A stretch of DNA of 64,000 nt, taken from Yuukianura sp. NJ FZ-2021 (taxonomy: Eukaryota). The DNA is taken from NCBI GenBank assembly GCA_046563655.1, contig JAJCTO010000010.1, positions 930,001 to 994,000 of the forward strand. Reading direction: 5' to 3'. Positions 17,411-28,374 of this stretch are shown here, one piece after another. A program made the translations under genes and the position numbers. Under the pieces are notes generated by a model, which saw only the letters and a program-made list of their open reading frames with translations, made no database searches and was not told where the DNA came from. Every line of letters begins with the position of its first letter. Position 1 is the first letter of the stretch.

Positions 17411-20400
17411 GGTGTGGCTGCTGTAGAAAGTTAAAACTCGGTCAGAATAAAAAAGTGTAGGAGAATGTGGGAGTCTACATCATAAAGTAAAACGCAAAGG
17501 AATTCGGAGTGTCGATCATGTTACACGATGGTGTGACATGGACGGAGAAAAATGAGCATTATATGTGAGACTACTATATTTCTTGTGTGTTTCCCATTAC
17601 AGGATGGACAGAAACTCGGGTTGGAACTCTACCTGGCGGTCGATCCTGCGCTGATGATAGAGATGTGAAAGAATGCTAGCATGATGTCTAAACAACGTCC
17701 AGAGTGTGACTTTAATAAGTAAGTTGGGGTGGTGAGAGGGAAGGTTTAGTATGGGGCCGTGTTGGAGAAAAGGTCAACTGCAGACAGGCTTTGTAATAAT
17801 AGTTTGTGGTCTGTTATAGATTACCCTGGGAAGACGGATAGCTAAGGTCAAGCGGACCTCGCGACCCGTGTCGTAATGGTAGAAATGATGGGGAAATTGC
17901 GAAGGACTGTTAATAAATTGGAAGAAGGAAACAAGAGCGATAACCAAAACCGCCTCGGTGCCATGGCCGGATGCCTTAGAAGTACTGAAATATATATGCT
18001 AGCACTGAGTCAAGACGGCTACAATGTATTGTTCAAGGTCTATAGATATCAACGAGAATAGAAAGCTGACTAGCGTTTAAGCCTCGCCTTGACCTCGGGA
18101 TTTGTTGAGACGAGAGAAAATAGAATAGTAAGTGAAAAGTAAACATGGGGAGAAAGATGGTGAAAGTACTGCAAAATGCATTGAAATAATAAAATAGTGA
18201 CTGCAGTCCTATGCCCTTCGATTCACACTTCGAAGGACGGCAGCAGGAATGTACAGGAAGAGGGACATTCGCGTAAGCGGATTTTCCAGCATACGTCAAT
18301 AGTGATGGTTGAATGTATTGTGGATAAAACTTACTTGCGTTGGTGGTTATGTGTACTGTTAATTGTGAAACTCCCCAAGTGGATAGAATTAGCTAATCGG
18401 ATCGGGTTACGGACTGATGGAAGTTAAGGCAGAGACAGATGCACGAAGCTAAGACTATGCTCAACTAATCCACTCCTGCGCTGCGGAGGCCATTATAATT
18501 ACGTTTGATGGACGCACAGCGACTCGACATGGGGAAGGAGATGGAGGAATAAAGGGAGGGTGGTTTGTTTTGTATAATGTGCGAAAATTAGGCATCGACC
18601 CTGTGTTTGGGTGAGAAGGAGCGTGACGACTGAATGGGAAATTCCCACATCCAAGTTAACGAGGACAAGGGCAGCAGCTTTTTACATTGTTTTCGTGATG
18701 GTCTATGTTTGGCGTGGTGTGGCCAAAATCTGAAAAACCAGTGGACACGCACGCCCTCCGCAATATAAAAGTGTCTATGAATATGCATTTTCGCTAAATT
18801 CACATGGACCGAGCGAAGCCGTGTCCATAAATGCGGAAATGAAGTTGTGCGATGTAACTACAAAGAAAACCTTCCAGATGACCTTGTGAATGAAAGAGGG
18901 GGACAAAAAATTGTTTGCAAAACAATGTAAGAATGAGCACAAGGAAATTATGTGCCAAGGTGAGCGTGTGCGCGCATGAGTAAAATTTGGCGTTATATCC
19001 CAATGAACTTGGGTGTTGTTGTGTCCAAAACCAGTTTTTGTGTCATGGTGGTGCCAAGTCACGCCATTGTTATTCTTCCGTCTGGGCTTGACCAAGGGAA
19101 CATGAGACAAGGTCGACGAGAATTACACTTCCTGGATCCATCAAGTAGTTGGATCTTTGTTGAAGACAAGGACACAAAAAATATGCGCAAAAAGAAAAAG
19201 AACCAACCGCTCAATTCTTCCTGGTTCTGGTGTCAATGGATACGCCAAACTGGACTATTTAAGCTGGGAGCAATGCATCTATGGAGTTTCTGTTGTCCTT
19301 ACAACTGACCATCTGCGGCAGCCATCAGATCTAGGTTCGGTACTTAACCTGGTCTAACCTAACACTTGTTCTGTGGTACGCCCTGTGTCTTGTTCAACAA
19401 AACAAAAAGCAACCCGAGGTAAGCAATTATACCCGCAAGAGAAAAAAAAATAACGTTCGTAGTGGGATAAAACAAGAGAAACACGTATTGAACCACATTC
19501 CGTAGACTGATTCGTGCGGTGAAAGTGAAACGAATCAAAGAATTAGGAAGCAAAGACAAGTAACAGAAATTAGAGTGCCGCAGCAAGGTTTGTAAAGAAG
19601 AAAATAGTTTCCCCTTCAACAGGTTAGGCAATAACTCAAGAGTTTTAATCTTTATTTCGAAATTAGCAAAACTTGGGTCATCGAGCCTTTCTATGGTAAG
19701 GATTTATATACAAGCAAATAGGATGGGAGGGAAATCAGAATTAAAAAAAAAAAAAAAATTGTTTGGACCGACTTTTCTCGTACACAGGACTTATGGCCAA
19801 ACCTATTAAAGCATGTCGTCGCCATAGAAACCTTGCTGTCGCAGTGTGTTAGTAAAAAGCGGAGAAAAGCTGAGTGAGTTGAATATGGGCCTATAATTAA
19901 TTTGTAGGACTAGGTGGCTCCGCTACCTTTTGTAGAACAATTTCTGATAACTACTGAAGATTAGGCATGTTTTAGAGTCAGGAGAAAGGTTTAAGATCAA
20001 CGTAGGTAGTCACCTAGAGCCTTCACATGTACGGGAGAGTATGGCATGACTTTGAAAGCGTTTAACCCTTTGAAAAGGTACAACGGATTTAAGAAAGTGA
20101 GGTATGAATTATCATTGTTGTGTAAGTTTCAGCGTGGGAAGCTGAAAGTTTGTTGATCCGTTGGGATCCACGCAGCCGCGTGTCGCAGAGTGTGATGCCA
20201 TTAATTATATTTCTAAATCCACTCACAAGGTCCATGTTTGTACTTGTATCAGCATCCCCAGAATTGAAAAAAGAGGGGGGTTTATGATTTTTTATGAAGG
20301 CAAGTGGAGTTATGTTGGAATTTCCCGTCTTCCTATTCAATCAAAGTGTGGAAACCATTCCTGTTGCAGTAAGGTTAGATTATCGTGCTTGTGCTAGCTT

Positions 20401-21234
20401 GGGGAAGAGTGATGTTGTATAGCAGCAATTGGAGAATTAATTAATGAATTGAATTTGAATTAATGGACGCATAATCAAAAAGTTGTATTATGACACGGTG
20501 CAACTAGTTAACGGTAAATAGAAACTTTCGCTACCGTATGGTTACAAGGACACTCAATAAACCGAGCCCAACCCGAGTGTTGTCTTAGGTTCAGTTTTCA
20601 GGGCTATTCGATCCATTACGGAGAAACAACTACTGTAACAATCATGCTGCTAGCAGTTATTAATCTGTAGATTACTGATTTGCTCAACGTGCTGCTGATG
20701 AAGTGAACCAATGCACGGGGCGTCTGTTGGGTTTTTGTAGTTTATTGCAAACTATGAGGGGCGCATCGAAGCGTAAAAGAGGAAACCAAATGCGAATGTG
20801 TGCGAGCGAAATGGATGACGTACTGATCAACCGGAATACGTGGGTTAAATGAGATTGAGACCTTCCCGAAAAGGTAACCAAAGTATTGTTCCCCTTTGTA
20901 GGTAGTCAAGCGACAGAATCACTGGCTGTAGTGCGGCTAGGGTGGCCTAACGCAACGCTACCCTCGCTGTACAATAACGTAAATTAACTGTCAACCCCTT
21001 AATTTAATCCAAAAGCGAGAACCGGTGTATAAAATAGCGTGTGCCGGTCTATGTGTCCGCGGTCGAGAGGATATATAAAACACTTAGACAATCCCGCTTG
21101 CGCAATAAAGTTGTGTGGGCTAGTCTGATTCAACAAAGTCTAACCTTTTGCCGAGTATGAGTAAAGAGCGACCAGTTGAATGACGAGTGGCAGTGCCTCG
21201 TTGTGACATGTTGTTTTATCGTGTTTAGATAGCA

Positions 21235-22194
21235 ATGTGGAGGCAACCTACTCGGAGCCAGTTCGTGTACACTCATCCATGTTTGGCTGCCAGCGCCGCT
21301 CAATATATTACCAAATTGCTTTTTCAAAAGTTGCCATTCGATGGGAGTGCGGGGGCCGAGGAGAACGTTGCGCTGCTGCGAGAGTTACCTTTTGCGAATG
21401 GAGGGGAGGCATACGATGACGAAGACATAGCAGTGCTGCCGGATCCGAATGACGCAGAGCCCAAATATCATTCGGACCATGTCATGTACACCCTTCCGAC
21501 TGTTGTAGTCTCAAATATCGTGTCATATCTAAACACTTTAGAAGTACAAAATGTTTCTATGTTTTTCCCAGTATTTCGCCGAGTGGCAAGGCGCAGGATT
21601 AAAAACATGGAAAAGGCGCGTAAAAAATTTGCGCGCTTCATACGATGTAGAGATAGGTATGCCACTACTATATTAACCTGCTCCGTATTCAAAACGCTGC
21701 CATTGAGCCTCTCGCCCATGACTTTTCTATCCATTGTTATGTATCTAAGCCGATTTGACTTATCAATAGATATAAACGTGGTAGGTCGTCATATGAGTGT
21801 GGTTGAATTGAGAAGTTTGTTACACAACAGGCGGTTAAGCAGAACCTTCCACGATGAGTTCAATTGGGTCTACATCTCAGAAGATGAACCATATCACTTC
21901 GACCGATCGTATCTGCTAGACCGTCGTGTGGTTAGCACGTATCGAGACATCGCTTTTAGTTATCGGTGGTTGAGCCAAACTGTCCGCACCTCCGAAGTAT
22001 CAGGGCGTCTACTTACCACTTTCCCAGAACATTTCGAAACGTTTGTGGATGGGATGATGCGTCACTATCAAGCCCTGTCTCGATTAGAAGCTGCAAACCT
22101 CGAAGGAATAGCTAGAGACGTTCGGCGCCAAGTATTAATATTAATCAATAAGAACTTTGTGGAAAGAGATTTAGATGAGCCGTTAATTATTTAA
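21235..22194 (+). CDS. F-box-like protein (319 aa)
   Basis: F-box-like segment TLPTVVVSNIVSYLNTLEVQNVSMFFPVFRRVA; TATA-like tatataaa near 21072; AATAAA downstream near 22270 and 22298. Confidence 0.65.
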   Translation: MWRQPTRSQFVYTHPCLAASAAQYITKLLFQKLPFDGSAGAEENVALLRELPFANGGEAYDDEDIAVLPDPNDAEPKYHSDHVMYTLPTVVVSNIVSYLNTLEVQNVSMFFPVFRRVARRRIKNMEKARKKFARFIRCRDRYATTILTCSVFKTLPLSLSPMTFLSIVMYLSRFDLSIDINVVGRHMSVVELRSLLHNRRLSRTFHDEFNWVYISEDEPYHFDRSYLLDRRVVSTYRDIAFSYRWLSQTVRTSEVSGRLLTTFPEHFETFVDGMMRHYQALSRLEAANLEGIARDVRRQVLILINKNFVERDLDEPLII

Positions 22195-22551
22195 TGATAA
22201 GCGAATGTCGTTGTCGTTGGATCTGTACGAATTACGAGCATATATTTTGATGTAATTTGAATGGGGTAGAAATAAACTTTGAGTCGAATTCGGAAGAGAA
22301 TAAAACACTACGGAACACGTAATGTACTCAAAAATTATTGGCGCTATGTGAAGTTATTGTGGCTATTAATAATAGTTGGCTTGGAAACCTTTGTACGGAT
22401 CGCGTGTAAGTGGGTATTTCGTGTACTAATGTTAACAGAATGCAGCCCAAATTCTTGACCACTCCTGTGTAACCCTGAATATTATAACATTAGAAGCTAA
22501 TTATGGAAAGTGCTGATTCATGTATGTTCTTGTTTGTTTGCAGAAAGTGCA

Positions 22552-25110
22552 ATGGGCCGTTCCCGCAAAAACAATCGTCAAACCGCAGATCCGCTACTGA
22601 GCTATAGGGGGTCGAGTCTGGAGAACTCTAACCCGTCCAGCAGAGAGAGTTCCCCGTTTCCTGTTCTACGGACCCTACTCAGCGCGCCCGGAACAATTAC
22701 TCGGCAGGTGAACATCATACCGCGTCAGAGGGGCACTGTAGGGCATAAGACAGTCAAGCAGACGGTAGTTAACCAGAATGACTCTAATTTGCCCATTACG
22801 ATCCTCGTGCCCAGGAATAACGGACCCAACCATCCACTACACGGTGGAAAAGTTCCTCGGGGAACCCCGATCTTATGTCCATCGCCCTCCACTGCCTCTT
22901 CCATAACTTCTCCCCCTCAATCGCCCGCTATTGGTAGTGCTCCTCGGACTCTAATGGACGAGGAAAGTCTGCCGGATGAATTGTTGTCTGCGTAAGTATT
23001 AATTTAGGCGAGTGGGGCGCGTGATTATTGACCTCTAAGAACTTGTTGATAACTACAGAGATACCATGGGATTGGAGGCTTCTACATGGAGACCGGCGCA
23101 GTCGGGTGGGGATTCGACCTCCACGCACCCAGCTGCAGATGATCTACTTTTTAGCCGTGCAGAATTACGTGTCATCGAGTACATGAAGTACTTCTTCCTC
23201 CCACCAGATGACCCAGCGAAATATAGAGGGGACTCGGTCACGAAGTCGTCGTGGGACTACAACCTCCTGCCACCCTTGCGTACTAGAGGATACGGCATGC
23301 AAATTGCGCGATTAATTTGGGGAATCCTGATGCCCTTCCTGACTCACGACCCCGATGTTTTGTTTAGAACGGTAAGTTGTATGTAGTCCCTCCTCCAAAG
23401 GGCGTTGCTAAATTTCTTTTTCTGAACTAGTTGAACCGCCTGCGAGGATGTTTACTGCAAGGCTACACAACTGATGAAGAAAAACGATTCTTTGCTGACG
23501 GGATTCTACACTGGGGATTCCGGTATACTGAAACCCATGGAACCTCTGGCAAAGACCTAATCCGAAAAATTTGTGAGGTAAGAAACTATTTACATGAATC
23601 AAAGTAAATCACATGTAATCCTATGATAACTATTTATGAACTGTCAGTGGTTAATTTTCTGCCCACGGCTACGGGAGGTCCGCATTGCCCAACGACGCAA
23701 TGTTCCAATTCGATGGGAGTCGTTCATGTCTGGCCGATTATTTTGGCATATTCAAGACGACCTGACGACTCTTAACAGCCGTTTTATAGGAAACGTCAAT
23801 TGGAAGGCCCCACCTCACAACTACTTTGAGATGTTTTCTGCTTGCCGTACCATGATTCGCGGCTTAGGAATTCGTTATGTAAGTAATGTAACGTGATTAC
23901 CCTGAGCAGAAATGTAGAGTGGTGCAACCTGACGAATACATTGATGATATTATGATTTTTGCAGCATTTAGTGGACGGAATTGAGAGACGTATCCAGGAG
24001 GAGTTTCCAGTCTCCAACACACCGTTACAACTTTCCAACGAGAAGATGGCATCCGCCAGCGGATTTTTACGAAAATTGGCGGGAATCATCCGAGATCGTC
24101 TTTTAAATCCAAACGTAATCCCTGATTGTGAACAAGACATCTACAACTTAGTGTCAATCTGCCCCGTATTACGAAAGGGTCAAGTGATGAGCAAGAATTT
24201 CTCCATCATGTAAGTACAGATAGATTGCCTCCGTCATCAATGTAAGTTGAACATTGGACTGGAATGAAACCACTACAACGTTTTCCGTTGGATCAGGTTC
24301 TGGGACACATCAGCCAACCAAATGCGATCGCTGGACACCCTGGATGAGACGCATGAAGAGATGAACCGAGAAGGATTTACCTACTATCGCTGCGACTTTT
24401 TAGCGGGCCGAAACAGCACACCAGAGATCTTAGCGGTTCCTCACTTTTTGGACATTGATCTGCCATCTTATCTAAAGTGCAGTCCGATCCATGACCCTAG
24501 TCGTTGGTTCTGTGGGTTCTGCGAAGCGGAAAATCACGCGAAAAGTCATTTTCCTGGAATTGCCAACGATCAACCTCCCAACACTTTTGATGACACGGAA
24601 GTGTGGAGGGAACACGTTCGACATCATCTGTCGGTTCCGAGAGTTGTACAAGCTTGCCCGTGTGACCGAGTTTCGGGGGTGGGGCGTGGAGAATGGCATC
24701 GCCATGTTTGTGTAGCGACCTGCTTATGCGGAACACCATGCAATACCGTAAGTTTAAATGAACGATTCGATCCTGCGGAAAATCTAAACCAATCCATCAT
24801 TGAATACTAGGTGGAAGAGCGGATCGAACATAGTTATAAACGACTGGAACGGAAGACCAAAACCCGAGGGTGCTGGTATGACTCGATTTGCAAGCGGAGG
24901 TTCCGAAGTGAAGCTGACCTGTACAGTCATCTTGCGTCCGATTGCGCTGTTTGCTACCGGTGTCATGAGGAGTTCAATTTGGAGAAAGAAAGTCGCGTAC
25001 AACATTTAGATCGCTGTTTCGCCTGCAGTTTTTGCGGAATGGCCCACGGCTCACAAACCGAGATGAATCAGTGTCCCATTAATTGTTTGAGACGTACATT
25101 CTATTTGTAG
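22552..25110 (+). CDS. Seven-exon gene, 708 aa, with Cys/His-rich (zinc-binding-like) C-terminus; function unknown
   Basis: Exons 22552-22991, 23059-23371, 23431-23577, 23648-23878, 23965-24209, 24297-24747, 24811-25110. All six short introns are GTAAG...AG with matching phases, giving 2127 nt in frame. AATAAA at 25220. Confidence 0.85.
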
Positions 25111-25249
25111 GTTACATTTAATTGCACGCAATATTTTTGTGTTAAAGTTGCGTCGCGGTTCGGTGGGGGTTCTAAGTAGATGGTGGTGGGTTTGTAGATT
25201 ACACAATGATAACAATTTTAATAAAGAAAAAAAAAAATTTTAATTCTAC

Positions 25250-25260
25250 CTTACCTTGTG
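25250..25260 (-). promoter_or_regulatory. Candidate major splice donor just downstream of the PBS
   Basis: CACAAG|GTAAG on the minus strand (intron starts at 25254), about 40 nt after the PBS. Confidence 0.55.
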
Positions 25261-25294
25261 CCGTAATATCACCTTTGAGCTGGGTAGAAAGTCA

Positions 25295-25312
25295 ATCCGG
25301 TTCGAAGGACCA
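25295..25312 (-). promoter_or_regulatory. Primer-binding site, tRNA-Tyr type
   Basis: TGGTCCTTCGAACCGGAT, 3 nt after the LTR end GTCACA. It is complementary to the typical eukaryotic tRNA-Tyr 3' end (...CCGGCUCGAAGGACCA) with one mismatch. Confidence 0.9.
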
Positions 25313-25315
25313 TTA

Positions 25316-25696
25316 TGTGACCTCTCATCCTGGGTGAACCAGGACTCAGGCCGCATACGTCGCCGCGTAACAGACGGACTACTGGCTGCTTGACCTCTGT
25401 GCCCAGGTCCGAACCCCACCGAGGTGGCGCAGGTCCTGGGTGCCAGCTCTACGGATCATGGCCGCAGAATATGGCTCAATGCCATCACAAAGGAAACAGT
25501 AAACGAAGGGAACGTGTGGCTACTCTCCTTTATTGCTTGTAGAATCTCCCTACTCCAGTAACTGGACGTCACCGTGACAGGCGCTGGGAAGAGGAGCTAT
25601 CTCGAGGACAACTCCTCCTCAACCGAGCGCTCTCTACTCACTGACTGACCATCGGGATATGACTGAGAACCTAGCCTCATCCCGAGTGCCGTCACA
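25316..25696 (-). repeat. Long terminal repeat (381 bp), 5' LTR of a minus-strand element
   Basis: 6-bp inverted termini TGTGAC...GTCACA; AATAAA at 25534-25529; immediately followed by the PBS. Confidence 0.8.
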
Positions 25697-26065
25697 CACC
25701 CCTGCTTGGAGACGAAGTGAGGAACCCCGCCCGGTGGGGTTACTCACACTAAAACCTGATAAAAAAGTTCAACATTAGTTCATAAGTGCACTGAATTTCA
25801 CTAAATGCGGAAGACAGAATAGTAGATGTTCAACCTTTAAGATTTCAAAGATTTTAACTGAAATTATCAGAGACGTAATCAGTTGTCTTAAGCCATGCGC
25901 ATGAAGATGTGGTAGTATTCCGGATGGGAATGTTTGACATGTCACTGTAGTTTAACTGAAAATAACTATCTTAATCCCAAGCTCACAAGGAAGTTAACCT
26001 AATTAGCAATTAGTAAGAAGAATCAAAAACTTTAGTAAATGAGTTAGGAACTCTATTACGTTTAG

Positions 26066-26335
26066 ATGCCGCGTAGCTGTACTTGGTGTGGCCGGCCGAA
26101 TTCCGGTGGAAAACCAAGAACGCGTTTGTTAAAACCCGACTCGCTAAACCAGGAACTCCGTATTCCAATGGAACACTTCTGGATGGAGTTCTGCGGAGGA
26201 TGCCAGAAGAAGGCAATGTGCGAACTTGAGGAAGGAGACACCCTTCGATTTTATATGGACTATCGCGTCAACCCTAGTTGTGCACTTTCAGCATCTTACA
26301 AAGACAAACCTCTAAAATATAATCCAAAGAAATAA
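26066..26335 (+). CDS. Small CxxC...CxxC protein (89 aa)
   Basis: CTWC and CGGC pairs; AG acceptor directly before the ATG; co-oriented with the downstream cassette. Confidence 0.45.
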   Translation: MPRSCTWCGRPNSGGKPRTRLLKPDSLNQELRIPMEHFWMEFCGGCQKKAMCELEEGDTLRFYMDYRVNPSCALSASYKDKPLKYNPKK

Positions 26336-26474
26336 GCATACGGGCAGGGCATCTGTTCTGAAGATTAGGACATAGTACTCAGGGGTAGCGAGCTAGAACA
26401 GTAAAATAAACAGAATATTGTAAAAACAATAGACTAAAGACACGTCATTTTCAGAATTCAAAATTGTAAAACCC

Positions 26475-27278
26475 ATGTCATTGAACGGCCTCCACAACCT
26501 GCCAGCTGGATTCATAGACGCAGTTCGAGAAAGAAATCAACCAAATCAGCGGTACGAGAGAGCGAAGTTTCTCGCCTCGAGGAGTGTAATCGAGTTGAGT
26601 CTCCTCAAAGACTGTTTTCCCGAACTAAAGGAACTGATAGACAGTTTGGTCAAGACTACTAAGCTCGCCTGGAAACCACTGATCAACAAGCTAGAAATCT
26701 GGATTTGGGAAGATCCACGCTCTACTTATAGGTACCAGCTGACTCACTGCAGACACGAGCTAATCTACAGATTCGCCCAGATTAGAATCGATCGATTCCC
26801 GCTAACTCTCGTGTCATTCGTCCGACACTGTGAAGGAATACTTGATCTTGGGATCAAGACAGACGAGTTCCTGCGACTTGGCTTACAGGAAAAGCTAGAA
26901 CTAACTCACTTCACCACCATACACATCACCCGTCAGCCAGGAGCTCCACTAACTGATTTTCGGACCGACAGTCTGATATTAGCTGTAACTCGACGACCCT
27001 ACCGACCATACTGCTTCCGAGACTTGGCCGACATCCTTCACTGCAACAGCGGACGGAGGGAAGAAGTAAAGTACTTCTTCAGTCTTTACGAAACGGAGAA
27101 AATCATTTACTGGAGTACGCTGTCTGAACGCCAAGTCCAACGCCGAGAAAAGACAAAGGAGACTCAGGAACGCAGAGGGTTGAGTACAGACGACCAGCTC
27201 ATCGACGAAATTTGTATCGCAGGCGACGCTTACGCCGAGACTTGCGACGACTACTTGGAGTCAGATAAGGAAAACTAG
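26475..27278 (+). CDS. Cassette copy 1, gene A: unknown protein, possibly degenerate F-box family
   Basis: 267 aa; close paralog of 31120-31923; weak similarity to the 21235 protein (FPLTLVSFVRH..ILDLGI vs SPMTFLSIVMY.SRFDLSI). Confidence 0.8.
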   Translation: MSLNGLHNLPAGFIDAVRERNQPNQRYERAKFLASRSVIELSLLKDCFPELKELIDSLVKTTKLAWKPLINKLEIWIWEDPRSTYRYQLTHCRHELIYRFAQIRIDRFPLTLVSFVRHCEGILDLGIKTDEFLRLGLQEKLELTHFTTIHITRQPGAPLTDFRTDSLILAVTRRPYRPYCFRDLADILHCNSGRREEVKYFFSLYETEKIIYWSTLSERQVQRREKTKETQERRGLSTDDQLIDEICIAGDAYAETCDDYLESDKEN

Positions 27279-27301
27279 TTTCATTTCATTTTCCTTTCAT
27301 A

Positions 27302-28213
27302 ATGGCTTACTTTGAGCCCATAGAGTTCACTTTACACTCTCCTGACGCCAAGGCACCTCACTGGGGGGAAGCCCATGAGGCTGGCCTTACTATTTACACT
27401 TCTGCGGATTATGACATTTCGCCAGGGGACCGTTGTGTTGTTTCTACCGGAATCGCCTTGCGTATTCCGTTAGGACTTTTCGGAAGAATAACTTCCATTT
27501 ACAGACATACGCTTAGCCATGGAATAACCGTTGCCCCAGAGGTCATGGAAGGGGGTACAATATCAGGCATTTGCAAAATAACGATTTTCAATCATGGCAA
27601 GAAATCTTTCCATCTAAGAAAGGGTGATGCAATTGCGCAGGTCACGTGTGAAAAATTCTACAAACCGGAGATCAAAGACAAACCCTTAGGGTTTCACTAC
27701 CACGCTGAGGACGATGACAAATGGCATATTAACTATCAAGCAAATGAGGGTCTTAGTAACATGTTAGGGAATCGGGACGACTTAAGTCGCTTTATCCGAA
27801 TCATCCCTTTTTCAAAGGAGGTTCGAGAACGAATCGGATTTCAAAAGTTGGAAATGTGGGCAAATCCAGGTCCTAAGAAAGACCTTCATGACCTTTTAGA
27901 AGAGATCAGTGATTGTGGAAGTACAAGACCCATTCAAGTCGCGATAAAAGCTTCTTTCTTCGTTCAACTCGATGTTGAAGATATACGGCGCGTAGGAACA
28001 AGGTTTCAATATTGTCCACCATACTTTTCTGACATGTACCCTGGAAATATTTGCGTGGATTTAAATGGGTTCTTTCCGAGAAAAGGCTTCGCCTTTCTAT
28101 TAGGACAGTTGAGCAGAATCCCTAAAGAAAAAGTTCCCGAGGAACTTATAAAAAGAGTTATTAAATTGGCAGATTCGGCTCCTGAGGACCGCGAAGGATG
28201 GGTAGATTATTAA
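27302..28213 (+). CDS. Cassette copy 1, gene B: pseudo-dUTPase fused to an unknown C-terminal domain
   Basis: dUTPase scaffold (AGLTIY, VSTGIALRIP.GLFGRI, IFNHG, KGDAIAQ), but the catalytic residues of motifs 1-3 are replaced and motif 5 is absent. Confidence 0.85.
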   Translation: MAYFEPIEFTLHSPDAKAPHWGEAHEAGLTIYTSADYDISPGDRCVVSTGIALRIPLGLFGRITSIYRHTLSHGITVAPEVMEGGTISGICKITIFNHGKKSFHLRKGDAIAQVTCEKFYKPEIKDKPLGFHYHAEDDDKWHINYQANEGLSNMLGNRDDLSRFIRIIPFSKEVRERIGFQKLEMWANPGPKKDLHDLLEEISDCGSTRPIQVAIKASFFVQLDVEDIRRVGTRFQYCPPYFSDMYPGNICVDLNGFFPRKGFAFLLGQLSRIPKEKVPEELIKRVIKLADSAPEDREGWVDY

Positions 28214-28374
28214 TAATTTTTCTTTCTCCCAGAAAAAAACAAAAACTATAATGTATATTAAATGGGACTAATCATAGATTCATAGGTAGTCAGTAATTTT
28301 AGAATGGGGTTAAAATGAAAACTATTCATGTTTAATTTTTTTTTATTGACTTATTTATTTTCACCATAAGAAAA

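Larger units (their letters stand above)
1..25696 (-). mobile_element. Putative giant Ty3/Gypsy-type LTR retroelement / endogenous virus (>=25.7 kb, 3' end outside window)
   Basis: On the minus strand, in order: LTR (25696-25316), tRNA-Tyr PBS, splice donor, cargo genes, gag, pol (PR-RT-RH-IN order), env-like array. No other LTR/PBS was found between 25295 and the gag start. The 3' LTR and TSD are not visible. Confidence 0.62.

Noticed and set aside
17876..20881. Scattered 60-110 aa ORFs
   Set aside because: I could not build a consistent spliced model or find motifs; a degraded or spliced gene may still be hidden here.
24748..24813. Stop-codon readthrough between ORFs 24322-24810 and 24811-25110
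   Set aside because: The TAG is the acceptor of a 63-nt GTAAGT intron.
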